Shown here in pieces: positions 24,576-40,738 of a DNA stretch of 64,000 bases (the first letter of the stretch is position 1; every line of letters begins with the position of its first letter). Both the position numbers and the translations under genes were made by a program. The notes below the pieces were generated by a model that saw only the letters and a list, made by a program, of their open reading frames with translations, had not been told where the DNA came from and made no database searches. The DNA lies in assembly GCF_009914755.1 (NCBI RefSeq), contig NC_060929.1; one strand, written 5' to 3'. This DNA comes from the human T2T-CHM13v2.0 reference genome, Homo sapiens.

Positions 24576-26938
24576 TTTTAAACTACACAAAAGAGAATGA
24601 AATGGTAATACACTTTTGTGAGGTTCTAACACTATATTAAAAGTGGTATAATATTACTTGAAGGTGGATTATTATATTTTAAAGATGTATAATGCATATC
24701 CCAGATAAATCACTAAAATTAAAATAAAGAATTATTGCTAATAAGCTAATTGTGGAATCAAATGAAATCATGAAAATTATTCAATCCAAAGTAAGGTAAG
24801 AAAAATAATTATCAAAGGGAATATGGGACAAATAAAATAGACATAGCAAGAGGGTAGATTGAAATCCTACTAGATCAATAAGCACATTAAATGCAAATTA
24901 TCTACGTAGTCCAGTTGAAAGGTAGAACTGTCAAGGTGGATAAAAAACAAGACCAAACCTTTGTTATCTATGAGAAACACACTTTAAATATACAGATAAA
25001 GGGAGAGTAAAAATAGTAGGTTGGAAAAAGTGATGTGATAAAAACATTAACCCAAAGAAAGCTAGAAGTTGATGTATAAAACAAAGTAGACTTCAGAACA
25101 AGAAACACTATCATGATATTCATAATTATTAAAGAGTCAATTCATTAAGCACACATAGCATTGCTAAATTTCTATGTACCTAAGAAAAGCTTAACTATAT
25201 ACATAAAAAAATGGATAGAACTGAAAGGAGAAATAGCCAATTTCACAATTACAGACAGAGATATTAACTCTCAGTACTTAATAAAACATGTAGATGGAAA
25301 ATTAACAAAGATATAGAAGATATAAACAATACTCTTAGCCTATATGACCTAATTAGTACTTATAAAGCACTCCATCCAACAACAATAGAATACACACTCT
25401 TTCAAGTACACGAGTCATTCACTGAGATAGACCACGAACTAAACCAATAAATGTCAATAAATCTAAAATAATTTACATAACTTAAAGTATGTTCTCTGCT
25501 CACAATGCGGTTAAACTAGAAATAAGTAACAAAATGTTAGTTGGAAAGCGTTCAAATATTTAGAAATTAAACGACACATTCTAAATAATGTGTGGGTCAA
25601 GAAAGAAATCACAAGAAAAATTAGAAAACATTCGAGCCAAATGAAAATGAAAACACAGCATATCAAAATTTGTGAGATGCAGCTAGGACAGTTCTTAGAG
25701 GGAAACTTATAGCATCACATGCTTATATTAGAAAAAGAAAAGGCTCTCGAGACAATTATTTAAGCTTCTTAGAGAAAAAAAAGAAAAAAATCAATCCAAA
25801 GGAAGCATTAAAATGAGTTAACAAAGATAAGATCAGTAATCAACAAAACCAAAAAAAAACCAAACAGAAAATTGATGAAACCCTAAGCTGTTTTTTTAAG
25901 AAATTTAATAACATTGTTAAATTTGTCACACTTATCAAGAAAGAAAAGAGAGAGCACATAAACTAACAATATCAGGAATGAAAGATGCAACATCATTACT
26001 GAGTCTACGGAACAGAAATTAAAAGCAATAATAAGAAAAGACTGTGAAGTGTATGGCGATAAATTTGACAACTTACATATAATGAGCAACTTATTTTAAA
26101 GACACAGACTGCATAAATATTAAAGCTCACTCAAGAAAAAATGTATTTAACAAAGTTATGAAGGGAGACAATAGAAAAAAAAATTTAATCGACGTGAAAC
26201 ATCAAGAAACAAAAGGGGCAAAAAACAGCTGGACAACTAGAACCTAATAGTGAGATGGCAGAAATAAATCCAAATAGATCAGTAATTTTTTAAATGTAAA
26301 TAATCTAATATTTGAATTAAAAACTAAGATCACCTCACCATACCAAAAAAGCCCCTCAACTGTATCTTATTCACAAGAAACACACCTTAAATAAAAATGT
26401 TAAAGTTTGAAAAGGCTAGAAGGATGCATACTGTATTTATGAATAAGAATAATCATTCTGTTAAAAATATCAATTATCCTCAAATTAATCCATAGACTTT
26501 AGTAAAAACCCTAATAGAAATTTTTTATAGCACTTCAGAGTTTTATGCTAAATTTATATGGAAGATCAAAGGGACAAGAACAGGTCTGATTTTCCAATAA
26601 AGTGGAATGTGAAGGACATGCCCAACCAGATATTGAGACCTTTGTAAAGCTACACTAATTGAGGCTGGGAATGTACTCTTAGGGATGGAGCTACAGTTCA
26701 AAGGCAGAGAATAGAAAGACCTATCCTAGACTCACTTATGTATGGAAACTTGACATATTAAAGAGATGGCATTGCAAACTGAAGGTGGGGGAGACAATTG
26801 AATAAATTGTGCTGGGAGAATTCATTATATATATACATAATATAAAATTGGATTTCAACATTATCACGCTCAAAAATCATTTCCATTTGGATCAATGGTT
26901 CTGAATTAGGTTGGGGAAGGGAGCAATTTCTCCCTACT

Positions 26939-27384
26939 TTGTGACTGAAGGCCTAAAATCAAGGATCAATATTTTGTGCTGCCTTGATACTTGGTAAAAT
27001 TGGGAGGGTCTTGAATGGCCTAGTTGCAAGTTCCCCTCACCACCCTCGCTAAACAACTTTCTTTATCAAAGGCACCAGACACAGTTCCTGCTTATCTCTG
27101 AGTAGCAGGTTTCAGATCCCTACCAGCCAAATACATCCTCCCATGGGAACCAGGGGGCACCCCACCCACTGATACTACAAAGCCCCTGGTTGTTTACTCT
27201 GTTTCTGAGTGCAACCCCTGCGTGGCCCTGTGTTGCGTGCAGCATTCTCCTCACCTGGGCTGTGAATATATGTGACTAATAAGCCCATCTCTCCAGTATT
27301 AGGTGTGATACGTTTGGTCATCCTCATAATCCTAGGGCCTGAATCCCTCGGTCACCAACAGGGTGAAGAGGAGGCAATTAAAAC
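26939..27384 (+). mobile_element. Solo ERV LTR (family not assigned)
   Basis: TG...CA unit of about 445 bp: tgtgactgaaggcctaaaatc...gtgactaataag (polyA-like)...ggcaattaaaaca. Confidence 0.65.
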
Positions 27385-27405
27385 ATACTCCACCCCTCAC
27401 TTGAG

Positions 27406-27585
27406 TATGATCACCAGATAACATACTGGACATACAGTTACTTTTGAATTTAAATAATACCTAATTTTTTGATGTAACTATGCCTTAAATATTACATTAC
27501 TTATACTAAAAAGTATTTGTTGTTTATATGGAATTCAAATTTGACCCAGTGTCTTGTGTTTTTATTTGCTGAATCTGGCAGCCTA
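27406..27585. mobile_element. MER53 palindromic hAT MITE
   Basis: ccagataacatactggac...acttatactaaaaagtatttgttgttta...aatctggcagccta. Confidence 0.75.
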
Positions 27586-28438
27586 TCTCCAGCGAATATA
27601 ATGGCAACGTCTTGGGACCATTTTCACTGTCACTACTGTGGAGTGAGGAGAGGGAGCAGTGCTACTGACATCTAGTGTGTAGAGATCTACGATGCGCAAG
27701 GAATCCCCCCAAAACAAAGAATTCCAGAGCCCAAAGTTGCACTAATACCACTACTGAAAAACCTTGATATAGAAAAGGACTTACATATGAAATACAAATC
27801 TTTAAAATTTTTAGATGTCAATGAACAAAAACTTAAAACACAATATAGGAAATATACTTCTTATCATAGAACAGGAAATAAAGTTCTAAATAAGACTAAC
27901 ATGTGCAAAATCTAAAAGAAGAAATTATAAATTTAACTACATTAAAATGAAGAATAACTGTTTATCAGACAACATTACAAAAGAGTCAAAGGAAAGCCAC
28001 TCACTTGGAGAAGATGTTAGCAACACATATAAGTGATAAAGTGCTTAGATCGAATGCATCAAGATTGTTAACGAACCAATAAGAAAATAACAAACAACCC
28101 AGCAGGAAAAAAAAAAAAATAGGCAAAGATCAGAAAGGTATTTCACAAAAGCATAAACACAAATGATCCATTAACAAGTGAAACAATGATTTGCATTAGC
28201 ATAATCAAGAAAGTACAACTTACAAATGTCCACTCTATGTTGGCAAAACTTACAAAAGAACAAAGTCTGAATATGCTAAAATTAACAAGGAGGATAACAA
28301 AGATAAATAGAAATTGTCGTAAAAGACTTATGGTGGTGTAAATTAATAAAACCATTTGGAAAGCAATTTACTGTTACCTAGTTATTTTGAAGAATCATAT
28401 GACCCTATAACCCTTTTAATTTTATTCCTGGGTATATA

Positions 28439-28771
28439 CAGGTTGAGTATCTCTTATCCAAAATTCTTGGAACCAGAAGTATTCAGATTTAGAAGTTTTC
28501 CAGATTTTAGAATATTTGCATATACATAAAAAAATGTCTTGGTGTTGGGACCCAAGTCTAAACACACAAGTCATTTATGTTTCATATACACCTCATATAC
28601 GTAGCTTGGAGGTAATTTTATACACTATTTTTTAATTCTTTTGTGCATGAAAGTTAGTGTTAAGTAGTTATATGTGGAATTTTCCACTTGTGGTGTTATG
28701 TTAGCGCTCAAAATTTTCTGATTTTGGAGCATTTTGGACTTCAGATTTTCAGAGTAAGGATGCTCCACCTG
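28439..28771. mobile_element. Tigger4b/MER46-type TcMar element
   Basis: TIRs caggttgagtatc / gatgctccacctg flanked by TA on both sides. Confidence 0.85.
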
Positions 28772-30080
28772 TACTCTCAATAAGATTGTACTTGTGTCCC
28801 AGTTCATAATGGCATTTCATGTAATAGTAAAAAATTGTTTTAAAAAAGGAAATGGATACATAAATTATGTTTTAGGTTTGCCCTAGAATAGTACACATCT
28901 GTGAAAAATAAATGAATTACAGCTACTTGTATCAACATGAATAAAGCAAGTCGTAGAGTATACACACATAGGCACACACATGCATATATATAAAACAATT
29001 CTATTCATATATATATATGTGTGATATGTTTCATAGTTTTAAAAACACAAGAGATTCACATTTTCATACAAAAAGTTACCAGTATTTCCAGGGAAAAGAC
29101 CCATCCCTCCCTCTCTGAGCCTGGGACTCGATTTTTTCTGGAAATATTTAAACTTCTCCAGGATACACCTTACTCACCCCTCCTCACTCCCTTGAGGCCC
29201 TGCCACAAGATGGGACAGTGTGACAATCAGATCTTCCGATGGGTGGGAGGAAGGTGGGAGAGTCAGATGAAGACCACTTGTGTCCAAATTCTCCAGGAGC
29301 TGACTGGCCTGAAAACCACATGGAACCTTCTCGGTAAATTTCCTCACAGCGTCTGGAAAGCCGCGGGCAGCGAAATACACCTCAGGTCTGACCTCCCACT
29401 GGCTGATGATCCGCAAGATTCCAGGCTCCCTGCGTCTTTCAGGACACTCCTAAAACTGGGTTAATAGCCTCTACCTGGTCTCCCCCGTGTGCTACTTCCA
29501 GCTTAACTGAAAAGTTTAAAATCAAATAGAGGCTTTGTCTACCAAATTCTTTCACCAGGCACTAGAGAAAACCATCAAAGGGATGCAAATGTGTCTACCA
29601 CTTAAATTGTTTAAATTCCAAATAACTTTTTCTGTTGTTGTGTTTTTATTACTTAACTAAGCAGATGGTCATTGGGAAGAAGCTGAAAATTCAAATACGT
29701 ACAACAAGGATGAAGACAGAAATGACCAGTTTTACCCAAATCCGGATGAAATCATTGTCAGCACTTGACATGTGTCATTCATCTTCTATGGATATATATT
29801 TATACACCTGTGCATTTAAGTAAAAAGTCATTCATTTTGTACACAATTTTAAACTGATTTTTAAAAGCTACCTTTTAAAATTACTGTGGATTTCTCTCTC
29901 TGTCCTTAAGTCTTCTTTTGCAGCATCGTTTTAACAGCTATACAACCATCTCCTTCATCATTTCCTTATTGTAGGACATTGGTTATTTCTGATTTTTTTC
30001 ACTCATACAGTGTTGAAATATTTTAACAAGATCCTTGTTAAATTAATATTTTATTAAGATCCACGTGTGCACATTGTTAT

Positions 30081-30382
30081 TTTCTTTCTTTCCTTTTTTT
30101 TTTTTTTTTTTTTGAGATGGAGTCTCACTCTGTCCCTCAGGCTGGAATCAGTGGCGTGATCTCTGCTCACAGCAACTTCTGCCTCCAGGGTTCAAGCCAT
30201 TCTCCTGCCTCAGCCTCCCGACTACAGGCGCCCGCCACTACGCTGGGCTAATTTTTTGTATTTTTAGTAGAGATGAGGTTTCACCATGTTAGCCAGGATG
30301 GTCTTGATCTCCTGACCTCGTGATCCGCCTGCCTCAGCCTCCCAAAGTGCTGGGATTACAGGCATGAGCTACCACGGCCGGC
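30081..30382 (-). mobile_element. AluY/Sc-lineage element with about 10-bp internal deletion
   Basis: ttagccaggatggtcttgatctcctgacctcgtgatccgcc; cctcccg^actacagg deletion; TSD cacattgttattttc/cacactgttattttc. Confidence 0.93.
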
Positions 30383-31564
30383 CCACACTGTTATTTTCTT
30401 TAGACAGATTCCTAGAGGTTGAATTTCTTTCATGCAAGTATGTGTATATCCAACTTTCTCAGGTTCAAATTCCTCTTAAATGAGATCACGCATGCAAAGC
30501 ATATAACGCAGTGACTGGCATATGCTAAACACACAGGAAGTTATCGAAAATAGTCTAGCTATGTTCTGGACACTGCACATGCACTTCACATGTATTACCT
30601 TTTACAACTGTGATCAACTTTGTAAGGTGGATGAGGAAATGAACTCAGAGAGGTTTAGTAACTTGCCCCCATTGCACGGCCCAGAGAATCAGGATTCAAA
30701 CTGAGGTCTCTTTGATGTAGAGAGAAGGGCACTGTGCCCTGGCATATCTTCCTCATGGGTCCCGGGGACAGCCCCAAACTCTCCTTAGGCAACTAGAGGT
30801 GAATATAGAAGGTCACATACACATTTCTCACGTCCAACTTCTCTGAGCGCCACTAATCTGAAAGCTGCATCACATGTTTATCTTTATCTTACTTATTTGT
30901 ATTTGTTACTTACTGAAAGGACAGAGGCTGAACAAGCAATGGTGGCCTCTTCAGGCTTTGAGAAATGACAGCCATCTATGCTAGAGAATAAAGACCTCCA
31001 CAACCCAATTATTTTTAGAGGGCTCCATGAAATCAGGCGAATTTCCCCCATGCAACTGAAGTCATGGATATGACATTTGGAGGTGTTCTCCCCAAGCAGA
31101 GATTTTTTTTTTTAGTCCTATTTAACATTCTGCCGTGCTTCACTATCTCTTTTTCTCTGGAGCCAACAACTTTCCTTTCCCACCTCATTTTCTTCCTGGC
31201 TCTCCACTGGGAGGCAGCCTGGTTTCTCTAGAGCCAATGGCTATGAGACCCTTGCATTTCCCACACTGAGAGGCATGATCTCCTCAACAGCTCCCTGGTG
31301 CAGCACTCTTAACAGATATGATACCCAATTCCAATGAGAGAGTGGGAGGCATGGTCTGTCATGCACAGGTTATCAAAGCATCCATCGGAGAGTGAACGGG
31401 CAGGCTTCTCAGAACATCACATGCACAGCCTGTGACTTGTCAGTCCTTCTCCCGCATTTCTACTCTGGAATGGTAACCATCTTACATAAATGACAGAAGT
31501 CTAGGTTAACACAACGAACTTAGTGTCACCATCAATGAGAGTTAACCAAAGTATTGCACTGTAG

Positions 31565-33347
<1,783 letters not shown>

Positions 33348-34625
33348 CTATGGCCACATGATATTTTGAAATATGAATCTATATTATTTTTCTTCCTACA
33401 TTTCCTCCTTTTCTTTCCCTTATTCAGGTAAGTCATCAGCTGGATGCTGACTCATTGCCTTGGGAATGGTATGTTTCAGGGCAGAAAGCAAAAGTGGTCT
33501 ACAAGACATCCTGGCTATTGTATTCAAAAGCTAGGATCTTAACAGAGCTAGGAGAATTTTGTGAAAGATCTAAAAGGGAGGGCACACAAGGCATAACAGA
33601 GCCTTGTAACCAAAGTTGTGGACATGGAGCTTCCCAAACCTCAGAATAGGAAGCGAGGCCCCTTGCATGGAAGAAGAGACAAAGAATTCTGTGGGTCGTG
33701 TCCAAGTGACTTGAACACCACTTCCCAGACGTAACAGCAGGGAGTCAGCAAGGCCACAGAGAAACGGCCAAAAGGAACAAAAGAGAGCATACAGGCATCA
33801 AAGGAAAGTAGTAAGAGGCCACCGCCTGAGGGGGGCTGAGCACAGGAATGAGGGCTCACCCAGCAGTAACCTGTACAGACTGCCGACCTGGGACAAGCGG
33901 CTCTGTCTCCCACCCCTCACCCATTCCAACCTTCCCACCCTAAGATTCCTTGACACTGCATAAGTGTTTGGTGGGAATGACAAAAAAGCACAAAGTTAAA
34001 TTTTCTTGCAGTCAGTCAGACTGGAGACTTAGAGTCAAAACTCAATTACGTTATGGAAAAGAAAGTGCTATTTCTGACACATCTGGGGTTTGGACTGAGA
34101 TGTCTACCTATTGCTCCTTCCTTCTTTGCGCGTCACACCCTGCAGAGAATATGATGCTAGGTGTTTTGCAGAAGACGAAAGACCAAAGCAACTAGTGATG
34201 ACCACAGCCTGCATGGGTTGAAGAAGAAATTGGCTGATATGTTCAAACTCCACGTTGCTGTGCTGGTTCATTCTACGCAAGGCTGGAACTGCCTCCTCAA
34301 ATTAGTTGTTTAGCTGCTCTAAATGACACTTAAACTTCTACAGAGGAAACTAAATTTAGTTACTCCCCATAAACACAGTTGTCTGGTTGATGGGAACAAG
34401 AACAAGCATGGGAACATGTTTTCAGAAATGTTTGAATAATATATGTCAAGGCAGTAACGCCGAAGCTCTAAAAAGACAGAGCTTTGCAGGGGGCAGGTTT
34501 TCACACTGAATTTCAGAGAAAAACAACTATAGGATGACCTGACAATAGGATGAGAGAGAGAGAGATCATTTTAGTTTGATATTTCTGCCTAAAGTTAGTG
34601 AAAAGCAGAAGAAAGCAACCAGGAG

Positions 34626-36829
<2,204 letters not shown>

Positions 36830-38084
36830 GAAAGCAACCAGGAGAAATGGTGAAGAGATTCTTATGGTCTGAATTCAACTCTTATTTTCCATCCAAGAGA
36901 CCCTCCGGATGGAAAGATGAGTTAGGCAGCCCCTACCTACTCTCAAAGGGTTTGTGGTTCTGATTTGGAAGAGGTGAGAGAGAATTCCAGTTTGGTGCTG
37001 GGATGAGTGTGCTCACCCATGGAGGCTAAAGGAACACACAGCAGGAGGTAACGGGGCTTGCCAGAAAGCTCAGGCAAGCTGCACCAACAAAATGGTATTT
37101 CAGCTGGTTTTGGAAGGCTGACCAGTGGCTTGAGCTTTCCTGCCTGAGAAAGGAAGAAAGGAAAGATTTGGAGATACGAAAGAATATGGTGAATTCAAAA
37201 ACAAGAGACGCCTCTGGTTTGATGAGTGCACAGAGTATGGGGAAGGAAATTGCAGGAGACAGAGACAAAAGAAGACCCCAACTTGAAGTGCTAGGGAGCT
37301 TGGCTTCATCCTGCAGGCACCATTCTGGGACCACCCCTAAGCTTTACATGCATAACTCTGCATTGCCCTGGGCTCCAAAGCTGAGGCCTTGTCAGAGAGC
37401 AGTGACTGAGCAGGGCATTTCCTTAAAAACCCACAAAAAGCATTTTAACGGCTCAACAGTACAAAGAGAAAAATTTTAGAATCAAAATGTATAATAATGA
37501 TATTGAAAATACATTTTTATTTTCTTCTATCGAAAAAGACATTAAAGTGAGATGCAGCTCTGTTTTAACGGCTTATTTCATTCATCCATTTAAGCACTAT
37601 TTGTGATCTATTATGTGCTGTACAATGGTGATTCAGCAGAGGACCAAAGAGACATGGTTCCTGCCCTGATGGAGTCTCTGATATAGTGAGCGGAGACACA
37701 AATCACCAACACAAAGCAAGTTATTAAATACTAAAATGCCATGCCGTGATAGGTGCTGGGAGAGAAATGATTCAATTAACGGGGCTCCAAAGGGGAGAGG
37801 GCTTGTGAAAATCCTCAAGAACTCTGCCAGACATCTGGTTTCAGTTCTGACTTGTGAAGGGCTTGGAAGTCATCACTCTCTATCTTATGGGAAAAGGTTG
37901 AAAAAACTGATGTTTGAAGGTTTTCTTTGACTCATCAGAGAATGGAGGTTGCAGAGCAAACTGTAACCCTGAAGTCTGAAGGGACAGGTTAATCCAGAGC
38001 CAGTCACAGCTAAGATCTGCACACGTGGAGCAGACGCCAGTGGAGCCATGAACTGTAATTTCAATGAACTGCTAGGAACTGAGT

Positions 38085-38465
38085 GCTATGGGCTGAATTT
38101 TGCACCCCTAAATTCATATGTTGACATACTAATCCTCAGTACTTCAGAATGGTATTCTATTTGGGAACAGGGTATTTAAAGAATTAATTCAGGTTAAATT
38201 AGATCATTAGGGTAGGGCCTTATCCAATTTGATGTGTTCTTATAAGAAGAGGAAATTAGGACACAAACAAGTAGAGAGGGCAGATACATGAGGAAATAGC
38301 TAGAAGATGAGCATCTACAGGCCAGAGAGCCCTCAGGCGAAACTGACCCTGATGGCACCTTGATCTTGTACTTCTTGCTACCAGAATCATGAGAAAAGAA
38401 ATTCATGTATTTAAACCGTCTCATCTGTGACACTTTGTTATGACAGTTTTAGCAAACCAATACAC
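38085..38465 (+). mobile_element. MaLR LTR (MLT1B-like)
   Basis: tgctatgggctgaattttgcacccc...ttcatatgttg...tttgttatgacagttttagcaaaccaataca. Confidence 0.8.
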
Positions 38466-39711
38466 TGAGTGCAGAACCAGGATGGGAGTGAGACACTCTT
38501 GGGAGCCACAGAAGAACCACATACTTTCCTAGGTTTTACCTGCAAGAACCCCACCAGGTTCTTATGGTAAACAGCCAATAAAAATCCCCAAGTGGCTCTG
38601 GCAGAGACAGGGGAAAGTACTCCTTCTGAAATAAACCCAGAGCTTCCTCCATAAAAGTGACCCACTTTCCAGGGGAAGTGATTACCAGAGCCTTGTCCCA
38701 ACTTTCCAAAAGCCATTCCCTGTGCTCCAGCATCTCACTAGCCTTCTTATCTCATATAAAAAGGGAGAGGGAAACTCTACCACTGGGTCAGCACTTGTGG
38801 AAAGACCCACTAAGAAGCTATGACTTAATTATAAAACTATAGAAGGCTTCCCTTTCCCACACCTCACCATCACACCCACAGGGCTCCAGTGCAGTAACAG
38901 CAGAGTAAATCTGAAAGAGTGCAAGGTACAGACTCTCTCTGAGGAGGAGTACTCAGGGAAGTACAAACAGAACAAGAGAGACAATACAGGGACTAGAGTA
39001 GTTGGAAGCCTCTGGCACCTTTACCTACAGGAAAAATTAAACATAGGACAACTTCTTACCAGATGAACATAAATTCTCACACTAAAGGTCTATTTACCTC
39101 AGTTACTATTACCCAATACAACATGACTGGATTTCAACAACAACAACAATAACAAAAATTAGAAGGCATTACAAAAGGGTAGGAAAAAATTCTGAAGAGG
39201 TGAAACAAGCATTAGAACCAGACTCAGATGTGACACAGGTGTTAGGATTACCACACAGAAAATTTAAAATAAACATGATTAATATATAAAGGCTCTAATG
39301 GAGACAGTAACCAATAGAAAACAATATATGATAATGTAAGCAGAGAGATGGAAACTCTAAGAAAGAATCAAAAGGAAATGGTAGAAATAAAAAACACTCT
39401 GACAGAAATGAAGAATGCCTTTGAAGCACTCATCAGCAGAAGACACAGCCAAGGAAAGGATTAGTGACCTGAAGATAAGTCAATGGAAATTTCCCAAACT
39501 AAAATGGAAATGGAAAAAAAAAAAAGAATGAAAACAAGCATAACAGAACATCTAAGAACTGTGAGACAGTTTCAAATGTTGTAGAATATACATAATTGGA
39601 ACAATAGAGGGAAAAGGAAAAGCGTTATCTGAAGTGGCTGAGAATTTTTTAACTTAATAACAGATATCACACCACAGATCAAGAAAGCTCAGAGAACAGC
39701 AAGCAGGAGAC

Positions 39712-39968
39712 ATGTATATCCATATATATATATAATCTATCTCCAATATGCTGGAGAGCTGCTCCAGCATATTGGAGAGCTGCTCCAGTATACTGGAGAG
39801 ACATATATATATATATATATATGTGTGTGTATATATATATGTGTGTATATATATATATATATGTGTGTGTATATATATATAAAACTAAGGATGTATATAT
39901 ACACACATATATCCATATATATATATCCTGCTTGCTATCTCTCTCTCTCACACACACACATATACATA
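39712..39968. repeat. Complex (TA)/(TG)/(CT)/(CA) microsatellite containing a 3x21-bp palindromic array
   Basis: Directly visible; array at 39741-39800. Confidence 0.95.
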
Positions 39969-40390
39969 AAACTAAACATATAATATTTATGCTGCAGAAA
40001 TTCAAAAACAAAGAGAAAAATCTTGAAGAGGCAAGAAGGGGAAACACTCTACCCATTGATGTAATAATTATAGCAGACTTTTCATCAGAACATATCCAGG
40101 CAAGAAGAGAGTGAAGTATTTAAAGCATTGAAAGAAAAAAAAAAGACACCCATCTAGAAATCTATAGCCAGTGAAATTATCCTTCTGAGAGTAAAAGAAA
40201 TGTATACTTTCGTAGACAAACAAAAATAGTGGGAAATCAGCAGCAGCAGGCTCGACCTTCAAGGAATGTGAATAGGAGTTCTTCTGGGAGAAGGAAAATG
40301 ACATAGGTCAGAAACTTAGGACTACAGAATGAAGAGCATGAAGAACAGACTACATACAGGTAAAATAAAATATTTTTTATTTCTCTTATT

Positions 40391-40738
40391 TTTAATTGAT
40401 CTAAAAAGTAATTTTTTTTTCCAACTTTTGTCTTTGTTTTGGGTGTACATGTGCAGGTTTGTTACTTGGGTAAATTGTGTGTGTCATGGGGGTTTGGCAT
40501 ACAGATAATTTTGTCACCCAGGTAATCAGCATAGTACCTGACAGGTAGTTTTTTAGTTCTCCCTCTTCTCCCATCCTCCACCCTCAAGAAGGCCTGCCTA
40601 TTGTTTTCTTCTTGGTGTCCATGTATACTCAGTGTTTAGCTCCTACTTATAAGTGAGAACATGCAGTATTTGGTTTTCTGTTTCTGTGTTAATTCACTTA
40701 GGATAATGCCTTCCAGCTCCATCCATGTTGCTGCAAAG
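40391..40738 (-). mobile_element. L1PA/L1PB-type 3' end inserted antisense in the old L1
   Basis: gtacatgtgcaggtttgttac...cttataagtgagaacatgcagtatttggttttctg...catccatgttgctgcaaag. Confidence 0.85.

Larger units (their letters stand above)
26893..27766 (+). mobile_element. MER20 hAT-Charlie element split by an LTR and MER53
   Basis: caatggttctg...gcaatttctcccc start; resumes atggcaacgtcttgggacc...gtgctactgacatctagtg...gaaaaaccttg. Confidence 0.7.
23945..28980 (+). mobile_element. Mosaic of old L1M ORF2 fragments (at least two elements) hosting nested insertions
   Basis: EN-domain relics (ttaaatgcaaat..., aaagtagacttcagaacaag, ccatccaacaacaatagaatacac) and C-terminal ORF2 relics; multiple stops. 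Confidence 0.8.

Noticed and set aside
39741-39800. CRISPR-like palindromic repeats
   Set aside because: Only three units with identical 5-nt linkers, no unique spacers, no cas genes, eukaryotic context
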